From: Bacteroidota bacterium
GTDB lineage: Bacteria; Bacteroidota; Bacteroidia; Bacteroidales; GCA-2748055
Assembly: GCA_051746185.1 (NCBI GenBank)
Contig: JBNJEV010000009.1
Span: 2,240 to 66,239 of the forward strand
Length of the DNA stretch: 64,000 bases
Direction of reading: 5' to 3'
A program made the position numbers and the translations under genes. The stretch's first letter is position 1. Each line of letters opens with the position of its first letter. A model generated the notes under the pieces. That model made no database searches, was not told where the DNA came from, and saw only the letters and a program-made list of their open reading frames with translations. Shown in pieces: positions 36,130 to 46,565 of the stretch.

Positions 36130-37548
36130 ATGATGCTTGATCCGAAAGATTTCAAAACCGCTTCCGCCGATATCATCCGGTGGATCCATGATTACCTGAA
36201 CCAGATAACCTCCTATCCCGTGAAATCCCGTGTCAGACCCGGGGAAATCTATGAAAAGATCCCCCCGGAGGCTCCGGATGGTTCCGAATCCCTGGATCAG
36301 ATCATCAGAGATCTGGATGAGATCATTCTCCCCGGGATCACCCACTGGCAGCATCCCAGTTTTCATGCCTACTTCCCGGCCAACAATTCCGTGGAATCGA
36401 TCCTTGCCGAGTTCATCACCGCGGCCATCGGTGCCCAGTGCATGATCTGGGAGACTTCCCCGGCCGCGGCCGAACTGGAACAGCGCATGACCGAATGGCT
36501 GAGGGATGCCATGGGGCTTCCCCGGGATCTGCAGGGGGTGATCCAGGACAGTGCATCCACGGCATCTCTGGCCGCTCTGCTGACGGCCAGGGAAGTGAAA
36601 ACAGGATACGGGTCCAACCAGGAAGGGGTATCCGGAAAATTGAGGGTATACTGTTCTGAAGAGACCCATTCCTCCATTGAAAAGGCTATGGGGATCAGTG
36701 GAATGGGAAGAAAGAACCTGGTCAAAACGGATGTGGATTCCCGGATGCGGCTGATGCCCGGTCAGCTGGAGGAGAAGATCGCCGCCGACCTGGACCGGGG
36801 CCTGACACCCTGTGCGGTGGTGGCCACCCTGGGGACCACCGGCACGGTGGCGGTGGATCCGCTGAAGGAGATTGCCGGGTTGTGCGGGAAATACGGACTG
36901 TGGCTGCATGTGGATGCAGCTTTTGCCGGAACGGCCCTCCTGCTGCCGGAATACAGGTGGATGATCGAGGGAGTGGAACGGGCAGACAGCTTCGTGTTCA
37001 ATCCCCATAAATGGATGTTCACCAATTTTGACTGCTCGGTTTACTTTGTCAGGGATCCGGACCTGCTGGTCAGAACCTTCGAAATCCTTCCCGAATACCT
37101 GAAAACCAGGACCCGGGGCAGCGTGAACGATTACCGGGACTGGGGCGTTCCCCTGGGAAGGAGATTCAGGGCGCTGAAGCTCTGGTTTGTGATCCGGGGT
37201 ATGGGACTGACAGGTATTCGCGGAAAACTGAGGGAACACATCCGCCTGAATGAATATTTTGCCCGGGAAATGGAGCGCAAAAAAGAATTCGAACTGCTGC
37301 TGCCGCCTTTTCTGAACTTTACCTGTTTCCGTCTTAAACCTGCCGGTCATGATGAAAAGGAGGCATCCAACAGGCTGAACGAAAAATTGCTGGAAGAGAT
37401 CAACCGGCGGGGGAACCTGTTCCTCACCCATACCAGGGTCCGGGGGTACTATGCACTGAGGATCCTTTTCAGTCAGACCTACCTGGAAGAGGCCCATGTC
37501 CGCCGGGCACTGGACGAGATCATCCGGGTGGCGGAAGAAATGCTGTAA
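36130..37548 (+). CDS. Aromatic-L-amino-acid decarboxylase (PLP group II)
   Basis: PGITHWQHPSFHAYFPA, WETSPAAAELE, WLHVDAAFAG, FNPHKW PLP lysine, LGRRFRALKLWFV. Confidence 0.93.
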   Translation: MMLDPKDFKTASADIIRWIHDYLNQITSYPVKSRVRPGEIYEKIPPEAPDGSESLDQIIRDLDEIILPGITHWQHPSFHAYFPANNSVESILAEFITAAIGAQCMIWETSPAAAELEQRMTEWLRDAMGLPRDLQGVIQDSASTASLAALLTAREVKTGYGSNQEGVSGKLRVYCSEETHSSIEKAMGISGMGRKNLVKTDVDSRMRLMPGQLEEKIAADLDRGLTPCAVVATLGTTGTVAVDPLKEIAGLCGKYGLWLHVDAAFAGTALLLPEYRWMIEGVERADSFVFNPHKWMFTNFDCSVYFVRDPDLLVRTFEILPEYLKTRTRGSVNDYRDWGVPLGRRFRALKLWFVIRGMGLTGIRGKLREHIRLNEYFAREMERKKEFELLLPPFLNFTCFRLKPAGHDEKEASNRLNEKLLEEINRRGNLFLTHTRVRGYYALRILFSQTYLEEAHVRRALDEIIRVAEEML

Positions 37549-37560
37549 AAACGAATCACT

Positions 37561-38178
37561 ATGATCAGGATCAGTCAGCTTCTCAATCCCAATACAAGCC
37601 GGTACTGGGACCGGAAATACCGGGAGAGGATCGAAAATCCCCGGATCAAATCAGACGGACCCCACCTCGATAAATTCATGCCGGTCTTCCTCCGGTCAAC
37701 CACCATTCTCGATTTCGGTTCCGGGCTCGGGGGCAATGTGAAATATCTTTCGGAATTACTGGATCACAGACAGTTCCATCTGGTCGACCACAGTCTGGTA
37801 TCCCTGCGGTATGTCCGGGAGGATCTGCTTGGATCGGAAGACGGGCGGGGGAACCGCTTTGAGTATCACCAGGATCTTTCCCCGGTGGCCGAAGGGTCGG
37901 TCGACCTGGTCATCTCCATCGAAGTACTGGAGCATATCACCTCATACCGGGAAGTCCTTGATCAGCTTTGGGCCCGTTTGAGGGCCGGGGGCACCCTGCT
38001 GATCTCGGTTCCCGTGAAAGGGTTCAGGGACCGGAACCGGGAACATGTAAACAAATTCACCGTTGGCAGCATGTTCAGGATCCTTTCCCGTTACGGGGAG
38101 ATCGTACATATTGCCCCGCGGACCTACTCAAAAAGATCGGGAAAACTTTCCACCGCCTACTTCTATGTGGAAAAATAA
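37561..38178 (+). CDS. Class I SAM-dependent methyltransferase
   Basis: ILDFGSGLG, DLVISIEVLEHI, LRAGGTLLISVP. Confidence 0.88.
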   Translation: MIRISQLLNPNTSRYWDRKYRERIENPRIKSDGPHLDKFMPVFLRSTTILDFGSGLGGNVKYLSELLDHRQFHLVDHSLVSLRYVREDLLGSEDGRGNRFEYHQDLSPVAEGSVDLVISIEVLEHITSYREVLDQLWARLRAGGTLLISVPVKGFRDRNREHVNKFTVGSMFRILSRYGEIVHIAPRTYSKRSGKLSTAYFYVEK

Positions 38179-38704
38179 CATATTCATCATCAGTGGCAGG
38201 ATTCACGGGGGTAAGACCACTTTTGCAGGATTGCTGGCGGAAGCACTGAAGAAGAAGGGTTTCCGGATTGCGGGATTCCTGTGCAGGGGCACCTTCAGCA
38301 ACGATCGGAGAGATTCCTACACCCTGGAAGAGATAGGCAGCGGGATAAAGATCCCCATGGCCTCATCCGGTTTCCGGGAAGGGTGGTTTTGTTACAGGCG
38401 GTTCTATTTCAATCCTGCGGCCCTGGAAAAGGGCAAAGAAATGGTGCTCGCCAGCCTGGCCGGCCAACCGGACCTGATCATCATCGACGAGGTGGGCCCG
38501 ATGGAAATGGAGGGAAGGGGCTGGAACAGCCTGCTCGGTGAGCTGGCGTCCATTGGAACGATCCCTCAGGTCTGGGTCGTCAGGGACAATCTGGTGGATG
38601 CGGTAATGGAACGATGGAAGATCCCTGCCGGGAACCTGGTTCCCGCCGGTCCCTCTTTCAACCATCTGATGGAAAATATTGTTAATTTCAAACCGGGTCA
38701 ATAA
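38165..38704 (+). CDS. Nucleoside-triphosphatase (THEP1/DUF2478-like P-loop NTPase)
   Basis: ISGRIHGGKTT Walker A, LIIIDEVGPME Walker B, VVR. Confidence 0.85.
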   Translation: MWKNNIFIISGRIHGGKTTFAGLLAEALKKKGFRIAGFLCRGTFSNDRRDSYTLEEIGSGIKIPMASSGFREGWFCYRRFYFNPAALEKGKEMVLASLAGQPDLIIIDEVGPMEMEGRGWNSLLGELASIGTIPQVWVVRDNLVDAVMERWKIPAGNLVPAGPSFNHLMENIVNFKPGQ

Positions 38705-38713
38705 CCTGTACCG

Positions 38714-39484
38714 ATGCTGACGCCTTATAAAAAGATGCTGGTCCCGGTCATTGTCAGGCTGGGAAGGAGAAAAGCGGGGAAACACTTTACCGAACCCCCG
38801 GTCCTGATCGGCGGCTGCGGGCGTTCCGGCACGACCCTGTTGTTGTCCATCCTTTCTTCCCATCCCGAACTCTTTGCCTGCCCGAAGGAATTGAGCCTTT
38901 TCAAGTACTGGAAGGCCGGCAGCAACGGGGTGGGTGAACCGGAGCGGATCGATCGTCTCTATACCACCTTTCTCCGGTCCAGGATCGGCAGGCAGGCGAA
39001 CCGCTGGTGCGAGAAAACCCCCGACAATATCCGGCATCTGGACAGGATCGATGCCTATTTTAACGGGCGCTTCCACTTCATCCAGATCATCCGGGACGGC
39101 AGGGATGTGATCCTTTCCAGGCATCCATCCAACCGTGACCAATATTACGTGGATCCCTCCCGCTGGGTGGAGGACGTGAGGATAGGCCTGACCCTGCTGG
39201 ATGACCCCAGGGTGGTGACCATCAGGTATGAATCACTTGTCAGGGAATTCATCCCCACCATGGAGCGTGTCCTGGGCCATCTGGGGCTTTCCATGACCCG
39301 GCAGATCCTCAGATGGTACGATCATTCCACGGTGCGAAGGAATCCGGCGTATTTCTCAGGACTGGAAAAGCTGCATACCCATTCCATCGGCAGATGGAAA
39401 GATCCCGCACACAAAGAAAGGGTGGATGAACTGCTCCGCTATCCGGGAGCACTGGAATTGCTCAAAGAACTAAAGTATATCTGA
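38714..39484 (+). CDS. Sulfotransferase family protein
   Basis: GCGRSGTTLL 5'-PSB loop, EKTP, IIRDGRDVILS 3'-PB, IRYESLV, SIGRWK. Confidence 0.88.
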   Translation: MLTPYKKMLVPVIVRLGRRKAGKHFTEPPVLIGGCGRSGTTLLLSILSSHPELFACPKELSLFKYWKAGSNGVGEPERIDRLYTTFLRSRIGRQANRWCEKTPDNIRHLDRIDAYFNGRFHFIQIIRDGRDVILSRHPSNRDQYYVDPSRWVEDVRIGLTLLDDPRVVTIRYESLVREFIPTMERVLGHLGLSMTRQILRWYDHSTVRRNPAYFSGLEKLHTHSIGRWKDPAHKERVDELLRYPGALELLKELKYI

Positions 39485-40498
39485 ATGCACTCAAAACCTT
39501 CAAAAGGAACCCTCCCCGGTTCGATGCGCGCGATCAGGCTCCAACGGCCGGGCGGGGAACTTCGCATCGAAAACCTCCCCCTTCCCGGGCCCGGACCCGG
39601 CCAGGTACTGGTGAAGATCGGGGCAGCACCCATCAACCCGTCCGATCTGGCTATCCTCAAAGGGAATACCCCAGTACACCGGATTCCATGGACACCGGGA
39701 CTGGAAGGAAGCGGGACGGTGGTGAAAGCGGGCAGGGGTCTGATCCCCGCTCTGAGGAAAGGAAAAAGGGTTGCCTGTACCCCTGACCCCGGAGGGGACG
39801 GCACATGGGCGGAATACATGGTCACATCGGCCATGCGTTGTTCCCCCCTTCCATCAGACGTGACCCTTGAGCAGGGATCCATGATGCTTGTAAATCCCAT
39901 GACAGCTTTGGCTTTCATGGATATTGCCAGAAAGGAAAAACACCGGGCGGTGGTGAACAATGCAGCGGCCGGTGCGCTGGGGAAAATGCTTCTCGGATTG
40001 AGTAGGAAGTATCGCCTGCCGCTGATCTGTATCGTGCGGAAACAGGAACATGCCGATGAGCTGGTCCAACTTGGAGCCGAATACGTGCTCAACAGCAGCA
40101 GTGAACATTTCCGGGAGGAGCTGCAAAGACTCGCACACGAACTGGATGCCACCCTGTTTCTGGATGCGGTGACCGGCCGGCAGACCTCCCTGTTGCTGGA
40201 GGCCGCTCCGAAGGGTTCAAGGCTGATCGCCTATGCCAGGCTGTCCGGGGAGAACATCTCTGTCGATCCGGCCTGGCTGATCAGGGAAGACAAGCAGCTG
40301 TCGGGCTTCTACCTGGCAAACTGGCTCCGGACCAAAAACCTCCTGTCAAAGATCAGGATCCTGAACCGGGCGGGGGGCATGCTGAACAGAACGCTTGCTT
40401 CAAAGATCCGCCAGACCATGCCCCTGGAGCAGGCAGAGGAGGCCGTTTCTCTCTACACCACCGGCATGTCGGCAGGAAAAATCATTCTGGTCCCTTAA
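39485..40498 (+). CDS. MDR-family (quinone/enoyl reductase-like) oxidoreductase
   Basis: APINPSDL, PGLEGSG, GTWAEY, VNPMTA, NAAAGALG, GKIIL. Confidence 0.88.
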   Translation: MHSKPSKGTLPGSMRAIRLQRPGGELRIENLPLPGPGPGQVLVKIGAAPINPSDLAILKGNTPVHRIPWTPGLEGSGTVVKAGRGLIPALRKGKRVACTPDPGGDGTWAEYMVTSAMRCSPLPSDVTLEQGSMMLVNPMTALAFMDIARKEKHRAVVNNAAAGALGKMLLGLSRKYRLPLICIVRKQEHADELVQLGAEYVLNSSSEHFREELQRLAHELDATLFLDAVTGRQTSLLLEAAPKGSRLIAYARLSGENISVDPAWLIREDKQLSGFYLANWLRTKNLLSKIRILNRAGGMLNRTLASKIRQTMPLEQAEEAVSLYTTGMSAGKIILVP

Positions 40499-40526
40499 AA
40501 TCCCCTGTGAACCCAATCTCCCCGCT

Positions 40527-41432
40527 ATGAAAACCTTCATTTTTATATCTTTTCTTCTGATCTGGTTCGGGGAACAGTTGTACGGACAGGACCATGAATG
40601 GTGGAACCGGAAACATGACTGGGATGGCTGCACTTCCTGGATTGAGTACATGATCGTCTCCCCTTCCTATATGGGACCCAATGCCCTTCCGGTTCCGGAG
40701 ATATACAAAGGAACTCCGTCCGGGACGCTTACCCTGGAAGCGGGTGTGGACGGACATTACAGTAAGGGGGACCGCACAGGCAACCTTTTTGCCGGGTTCT
40801 ACACTCCCCTGTTTTCCTCCAGGGCAGGGCTGGGCCTCAGTTACGTTCCGGTGGAGCTTTACCGCACGGACACCCTCACCAGGGACCTCAGGCGTTCCAG
40901 GGAATACGATGCCAGGGGGATCAGTTTCGGTGACCTCTACGCGGGGACCTTCATCCACCTGGTCAGGGAAGACGGCAGGATCCCGGACATCATGCTCTCC
41001 CTGCACCTGAAAACCGCCTCCGGCACCAGGTTCGAAGCAGCCAGACATACCGATGCACCGGGATATTATGTGGACCTGTCGGCCGGGAAGAGCATCCGCA
41101 GGGAAGGAAGATTGATCAACCTGACCCGGGTCTACGGGATGATCGGTTTCTATGCCTTCCAGACCAACCTGGAGAATTACAGGCAGAACGATGCCGTGCT
41201 GTTCGGTGCCGGTTTTGAGCTGACGGCGGGAAGATGGCAGATCGATCATCAGCTGGGCGGATATGCGGGTTACCTGGATAACGGGGACAGGCCCCTGGTC
41301 TACCGGCTTGATCTGCGATGGGTCACAGGTTCGGTAGCTGACCTGAAGATCCGGTTCCAGCACGGACTGAACGATTTTCCCTATACCTCCCTCAGGATCA
41401 CGGGATTGTTTCACTTTTTGCAAATCAAGTGA
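40527..41432 (+). CDS. Exported hypothetical protein, probable outer-membrane beta-barrel
   Basis: Signal peptide, GPNALPVP, LKTASG, alternating strands ending ITGLFHF. Confidence 0.7.
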   Translation: MKTFIFISFLLIWFGEQLYGQDHEWWNRKHDWDGCTSWIEYMIVSPSYMGPNALPVPEIYKGTPSGTLTLEAGVDGHYSKGDRTGNLFAGFYTPLFSSRAGLGLSYVPVELYRTDTLTRDLRRSREYDARGISFGDLYAGTFIHLVREDGRIPDIMLSLHLKTASGTRFEAARHTDAPGYYVDLSAGKSIRREGRLINLTRVYGMIGFYAFQTNLENYRQNDAVLFGAGFELTAGRWQIDHQLGGYAGYLDNGDRPLVYRLDLRWVTGSVADLKIRFQHGLNDFPYTSLRITGLFHFLQIK

Positions 41433-41463
41433 GGATCACTACATTTATTTGTCGGGGGATGAA

Positions 41464-42411
41464 ATGAGCATGATCGATTCACATATGCATCTGGGCCTGG
41501 CAGGCTATGACCTGCAGGCCATCCTGGAGAACATGGACAGGCGGGGGATCGGTATGACCTGGCTGCTGACCTGGGAAGAGCATGCCCCTCCCGTAAAGGA
41601 GCTGCATATCGGACTTCCTCCCGAACCTGCACTGGAAGCATACCACAGGTATCCCGACCGTTTTGTCCCCTTTTACGCCCCCGATCCTTCCTCACCGGAC
41701 CTGCACAGGGTGTTCAAAAATTACAGGGATCAGGGGATCAGGGGATGCGGGGAACTCAAGGTATCCCTCCGCTGGGAGGAACCCCTCATCGAGACTTACC
41801 TGGAGATCGTCCGGGAATATCACTTTCCGCTCATTTTCCATATGGAGAATCCGCGGTACCATTATCTGCCCGGAGAGGGATTCTTCAACTGGCTCCTGGA
41901 GAGGTTATTGAATGACAAGTTCAACGGGGTCAGCAGTTTCTACCTGACCAGGCTGGCAGAGAGCACGGGAATCCTGAAAAAAAAGATCCGCAGCAGCCGG
42001 GTGGCCTTCCCGGGGATCCTGTTCGACTTTGCTTTTCTTGAGAAGAGGATTTCCCGTTTCCCGGAGGTCAAATTCATCGGACACGGACCGGATTTCTGGA
42101 ACCATATCGCCGCCCGGCAACACCCAAAGTACATCCATCAGAAGGGGCCCATCCGTCAGTTCGGGATCATCGACCGTTTGCTGGAATCGTATCCCAACTT
42201 TTACTGTGACATCTCCGGTCTGAGCGGTTTCAATGCCCTCAACAGGGACCACCCGATGGCCAGAATATTCCTGCAGAAACATGCCGGTAAGATCTTATTC
42301 GGAACCGACAATACCGGCCTTCCCCTGCTGGAACTTCTCCGATCCATGAAGCTGGGGAAAGAGAACATGGACCGGATCCTTTCCGGGAATGCCATCCGTG
42401 TACTGGAATGA
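41464..42411 (+). CDS. Amidohydrolase_2-family metal-dependent hydrolase
   Basis: IDSHMH, GELK, LIFH, FIGHG, YCDISG, ILFGTD, GNA. Confidence 0.85.
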   Translation: MSMIDSHMHLGLAGYDLQAILENMDRRGIGMTWLLTWEEHAPPVKELHIGLPPEPALEAYHRYPDRFVPFYAPDPSSPDLHRVFKNYRDQGIRGCGELKVSLRWEEPLIETYLEIVREYHFPLIFHMENPRYHYLPGEGFFNWLLERLLNDKFNGVSSFYLTRLAESTGILKKKIRSSRVAFPGILFDFAFLEKRISRFPEVKFIGHGPDFWNHIAARQHPKYIHQKGPIRQFGIIDRLLESYPNFYCDISGLSGFNALNRDHPMARIFLQKHAGKILFGTDNTGLPLLELLRSMKLGKENMDRILSGNAIRVLE

Positions 42412-42459
42412 TCGATTTTTGTTAGTTTTGATGGCTTCATATACAAATAACCGACAGTC

Positions 42460-44688
42460 ATGATGAGAAAAACTGTACTTACGGGTCTGCTGATCCTGCT
42501 CGCGGTCAGCCTGACCGCTCAGAAAAAGCAATATGGTTCCCTGAGGGAAGCACTGATGGCCTCTTCCCGTCTGAGGGGACAGGCGGGTCCTTCCGATGTG
42601 AACTGGATGGGTGACGGGAACCGCTATTCCTATTCGGGAAGGGAAAACGGTCATCAGCAGATCTGGACATATGATCCCTCCGACCAGACCAGGGAAAAGA
42701 TATTCAGTGAAAGCGACCATACCTTCCCCGGTTCGGAAATCCCCTTCAGCTACCGGTCATACCGGTGGGCCGCTGATGATGAATCCCTTCTCTTCCAGAC
42801 CCGTTTCCGGCCCATCTGGCGGTATTCCGGCAATGCGGATTATTATTACTATTCTCTGGAGGAAGAAAAACTGAAAACGGTGGTGGAAGGGGCATTTACC
42901 GCGGAAGTATCCCCCGACGGAAGGAAAGTGGGCTACGGGAAGCAGGGAGACCTGTTCGTATTTGACCTGGCTACGGGCGAGCACAGCCGTTTGACCGATG
43001 ATGCCGAAGCATCCTTTTATAATGGCAGGTTCGGATGGGCCTACGAAGAGGAATTCGGACTGGTCCAGGCCTGGGACTGGTCACATGACAGCCGCTACAT
43101 TGCCTTCTGGCAGTCAGATGAACGGATGGTGCCGCTGTACCGGCTGACCGACTTCGCCGAACAGCATCCCGAATACCTGGAGATCCCCTATCCCAAAGTC
43201 GGCGACCCCCCGCCCCTGGTGAAGATCGGGGTGCTGGAGGTGGAAGATGGAACCAGAAAATGGCTGGATATCCCCCTGGAAGGCGGTTACATCCCCAGGA
43301 TCTACTGGACCGCCAGGCCACATACCCTGGCTGTGGTCTGGATGAACCGCACCCAGGACCATATGAAACTTTACATGGTCGATGTGGAGAGCGGGGAAAA
43401 GGAGATGATCCTGGAAGAGCAGTCGGATACCTGGATCGATATTTTTGATTTTTTCGCGGGTGAGCTTCACCTGCTTTACTTCCCGGAAGAGATGGAAACA
43501 TTTTTCTGGATCTCCGACAGGAGCGGTTTCTCGCATATCTACCGGTACGATTATGACGGACAGCTGCTCGGGCAGGTTACCGAAGGCAACTTCGATGTGG
43601 TTTCCGTGGAAGCCATCGATACGGACAGAAACAGGCTCTATTATGTCTCCACCGAGATCTCCCCCCTGGAGCGACACCTTTTCCGTATCCATTTCAACGG
43701 GAAGAACAAGAAACGGCTCACAGAGGCCCCGGGGAACCACAGGGTGAATGTATCTCCCTCGGGGTCCTGTTTCATTGACGGGTATTCGGATACCGGTAAT
43801 CCTTCCCGGATTGACCTGAGAGACGGCAAAGGGAAAATGATCCGGATGCTGGCGGGTCATGAAAATACCCTTGACCACCTGGAGGAGCATGCATATGCAG
43901 AAAAAGAGCTGTTCCACTTTACCACGGGGGACGGACAGCAGATCGACGGATATTTGATCAGGCCCATGGATTTCGATCCGGAACGGACCTATCCCCTGCT
44001 TCTCAGTGTTTACGGCGGACCGGGTTCACAGGGGGTATACAACAGTTTCGCAACCAGCGGATGGGACCAGTACCTGGCCCAGCGTGGTTTTGTCATCGCC
44101 AACATCAACAACCGGGGCAACGGGGGTTACGGAAGGGACTTTGAAAAGATCGTGCACGGCCAGCTGGGGAAATGGGAGACCCATGATTTCGCAGAAGCCG
44201 CCAGGTACCTTGCTGAAAAAAAGTGGATCGACGGCGATCGGGTCGGGATCATGGGACACAGTTTCGGCGGTTTTTCGGCGGGCACCTGCCTGCTGACCCA
44301 CCCCGGTGTGTTTCATGCGGGAATCGTTACCGCGGCCATTTCGGACCACATCAATTATGATTGTATCCTGACCGAACGGTATATGGGACTGCTGGAGGAG
44401 AACCCGGAAGGATACCGGCAGAGTTCGATGATCACCCACGCGGGGAACCTGAAAGGGCACCTGTTGCTGGTCCACTCCCTGATGGATGACAATGTGCATC
44501 CCCAGAACACCTTCCAGCTGGTCAGGGCCCTGATCGATCAGGGAAAGAAATTTGACCTGAAGATCTATCCCCCGGGAAGCCACGGGGTGGCCTATGATAT
44601 GAACAGCAGGTTATATCTCTATGCCGGATACCTTGATTTCCTGGAACAGCACCTGAAACCAGAACAGATGTCCGCAACCGGAGAATAG
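42460..44688 (+). CDS. Dipeptidyl peptidase IV-like S9 peptidase
   Basis: WAYEEE, YPKVG, VYGGPGSQ, GHSFGG Ser, DDNVH Asp, SHG His; signal peptide. Confidence 0.93.
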   Translation: MMRKTVLTGLLILLAVSLTAQKKQYGSLREALMASSRLRGQAGPSDVNWMGDGNRYSYSGRENGHQQIWTYDPSDQTREKIFSESDHTFPGSEIPFSYRSYRWAADDESLLFQTRFRPIWRYSGNADYYYYSLEEEKLKTVVEGAFTAEVSPDGRKVGYGKQGDLFVFDLATGEHSRLTDDAEASFYNGRFGWAYEEEFGLVQAWDWSHDSRYIAFWQSDERMVPLYRLTDFAEQHPEYLEIPYPKVGDPPPLVKIGVLEVEDGTRKWLDIPLEGGYIPRIYWTARPHTLAVVWMNRTQDHMKLYMVDVESGEKEMILEEQSDTWIDIFDFFAGELHLLYFPEEMETFFWISDRSGFSHIYRYDYDGQLLGQVTEGNFDVVSVEAIDTDRNRLYYVSTEISPLERHLFRIHFNGKNKKRLTEAPGNHRVNVSPSGSCFIDGYSDTGNPSRIDLRDGKGKMIRMLAGHENTLDHLEEHAYAEKELFHFTTGDGQQIDGYLIRPMDFDPERTYPLLLSVYGGPGSQGVYNSFATSGWDQYLAQRGFVIANINNRGNGGYGRDFEKIVHGQLGKWETHDFAEAARYLAEKKWIDGDRVGIMGHSFGGFSAGTCLLTHPGVFHAGIVTAAISDHINYDCILTERYMGLLEENPEGYRQSSMITHAGNLKGHLLLVHSLMDDNVHPQNTFQLVRALIDQGKKFDLKIYPPGSHGVAYDMNSRLYLYAGYLDFLEQHLKPEQMSATGE

Positions 44689-44703
44689 CCTGATGATCTG
44701 AAC

Positions 44704-45516
44704 TCAGGTCTCTGTTTTCGGGGTACCGGCCGCCTGTTCTTTGTTTTTCCCGGCTTGTGATTCTGTCGCAGATTCCGGGGAGACCGCTTCCTGCTGCATC
44801 TCCTGTCCGGACTTCTCCTTTTCAGGTTCCAGCCGGGACCGGATGTAGGCCTCATAGAATGCTTTCTGACTGTCCCGGAACAATTGCATCATTCTGTCCA
44901 GCTTCTTTCTCAGCAGCTTCTCATTCTCCCGCAGTTGACGATCAAGTTTCTTCCCGCTCTTTTTCTTTGCTTTTTTGGAATGAGCAAGCGTCTCATCATC
45001 CCGGATGAACTGATCCAGTGATTTTTTCAGCCGCTCCAGATGCTTTGCGGTCAGACCGTAATCGGTAATCACCGGAACCGGATCCTTCTTTTTTATTTCC
45101 GGGGTCTTTTCCATCAATGAACGGCATATTTTCAGTACCCTGCCGGAGAAATTCTTCAGTTCGTCCCCCTTCATTTTTTCCAGTTCGCTGAATTTCCGGT
45201 TCATATACTTTTCCAGTTTTTTATCCCCGGCATCATAGGCATATACCCCGGTCACACTGATCACCGGAAAAACCTGGTCGATCAACTCCTTTTTTGACCG
45301 GAACCTGTTCTCTTTCAGGGGAGCAAGGTCGGTTTGGATCACCGAAATGTGATCATCGATTTTCTTGAGATTTCTGACAAACTGGTCATAATCGTTCTTC
45401 ATTTCCGACACAGAACGCCATTTGGAGTTATTCTTTTCCATCACCTCCATTACAGCCTTCTGCAGGGCAATTTTTTTTTCCTGTTTTTCTGTCATGTTCA
45501 GATTATTTTGAAACAT
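44704..45516 (-). CDS. Lys-rich helical hypothetical protein
   Basis: 270-aa ORF, TAATG-coupled to the CHAD gene; alternative start MTEKQ. Confidence 0.7.
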   Translation of the reverse strand: MFQNNLNMTEKQEKKIALQKAVMEVMEKNNSKWRSVSEMKNDYDQFVRNLKKIDDHISVIQTDLAPLKENRFRSKKELIDQVFPVISVTGVYAYDAGDKKLEKYMNRKFSELEKMKGDELKNFSGRVLKICRSLMEKTPEIKKKDPVPVITDYGLTAKHLERLKKSLDQFIRDDETLAHSKKAKKKSGKKLDRQLRENEKLLRKKLDRMMQLFRDSQKAFYEAYIRSRLEPEKEKSGQEMQQEAVSPESATESQAGKNKEQAAGTPKTET

Positions 45517-46433
45517 TATGTGTACGAATGATCATGGGCCTCCCAGTAAGCTTCCAGCCTGTTTACGAACACCCCCGGGGGCTCGGCATAGATCAGGGAC
45601 GATTCTGAAAAGGCTTGTTCCAGCAACACCTCTCTCTCGTCTTTGATCTTCTGCAGCATCGATGATCGAACAGTTTCCCGGATGAGGCTTTCGGCTTCAT
45701 TCTGCAGAAAGAGCTCCAGCCGGTCAAGGTCACGGCTCTCTCCCAGTATATCTGCATGCCTGTCAATGGATCTGGCATAGGATTTCAGTACCCGGGGATA
45801 GATGGGCATGATGATCTCCATTTGATGAAGCAGGTATTTGTTATTCTTCCTGTATTCATGAAACTCGGCCATATCAAATTGCTTCTGCACCCTGGACAGA
45901 TGCCTGCGCCCTCTTTTATAGATCCGTCTGATCCCGTTTTTCAGGGAAATAAAATCGTTCCTGAGCCTGCAGTACTCCCCTGTCCGACCGGAGGCCCGGG
46001 CAAGTTCTTTATCCACATGATCGAATCCGCCATGCTGTCCGGAAAAGCGGATGATCTCCCGGCCGGTTTTCTGATCCAGATGCCTGATGAGCCGTTCCGA
46101 CTCGCTTTTTCTGACCGCTCCCGGGTACTTTTCCCTCATAGAGGAAAGGACCTGTCCGAGCACATAACTGTCCCTTGCTCCCGACAGCCTCCTTCCCAGG
46201 TCCCTGTAAAAAGCATTTTCCCTGTAGTAATCGCTGTACCCGATCTCATCCCTGATGAGTTTCAATACCGCCCTGATCCGTTTCATGGTCTTGCGGATGT
46301 CATGGATCAGAACATGGACGTCTTCCTGCTCCCGGTTGCTGATCTGCTCCCGGATGTAGGATATCCGTCCGTGGATGATCTCCCGGATGCTCTCCTCCAG
46401 GGTGAGGTCCATATGAATACGGTATCCTTTCAA
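45516..46433 (-). CDS. CHAD-domain protein
   Basis: IHDIRKTMKRIRA, LSGARD, FHEYRK..KYL, LGESRDL: CHAD His/Arg motifs; TTG start. Confidence 0.85.
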   Translation of the reverse strand: MKGYRIHMDLTLEESIREIIHGRISYIREQISNREQEDVHVLIHDIRKTMKRIRAVLKLIRDEIGYSDYYRENAFYRDLGRRLSGARDSYVLGQVLSSMREKYPGAVRKSESERLIRHLDQKTGREIIRFSGQHGGFDHVDKELARASGRTGEYCRLRNDFISLKNGIRRIYKRGRRHLSRVQKQFDMAEFHEYRKNNKYLLHQMEIIMPIYPRVLKSYARSIDRHADILGESRDLDRLELFLQNEAESLIRETVRSSMLQKIKDEREVLLEQAFSESSLIYAEPPGVFVNRLEAYWEAHDHSYT

Positions 46434-46565
46434 TTCCGGCTTCGCTGAATTTCAGTGTACTTTTCGAATATAGTAAATAGTTCCATATCTTTACTTTGAC
46501 CATACACATTGTTCATGATAATTTAACATTTTGTTTGTTGCCGGTGCTTTTCCATCTTTGTAAAG

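Noticed and set aside
36040-37497. 485-aa minus-strand ORF; similar long antisense ORFs at 757-1812, 22199-23542, 48716-50095, 47777-48721 and 62564-63538
   Set aside because: They shadow well-supported genes on the opposite strand, show no motifs, and are expected from GC-rich codon bias.
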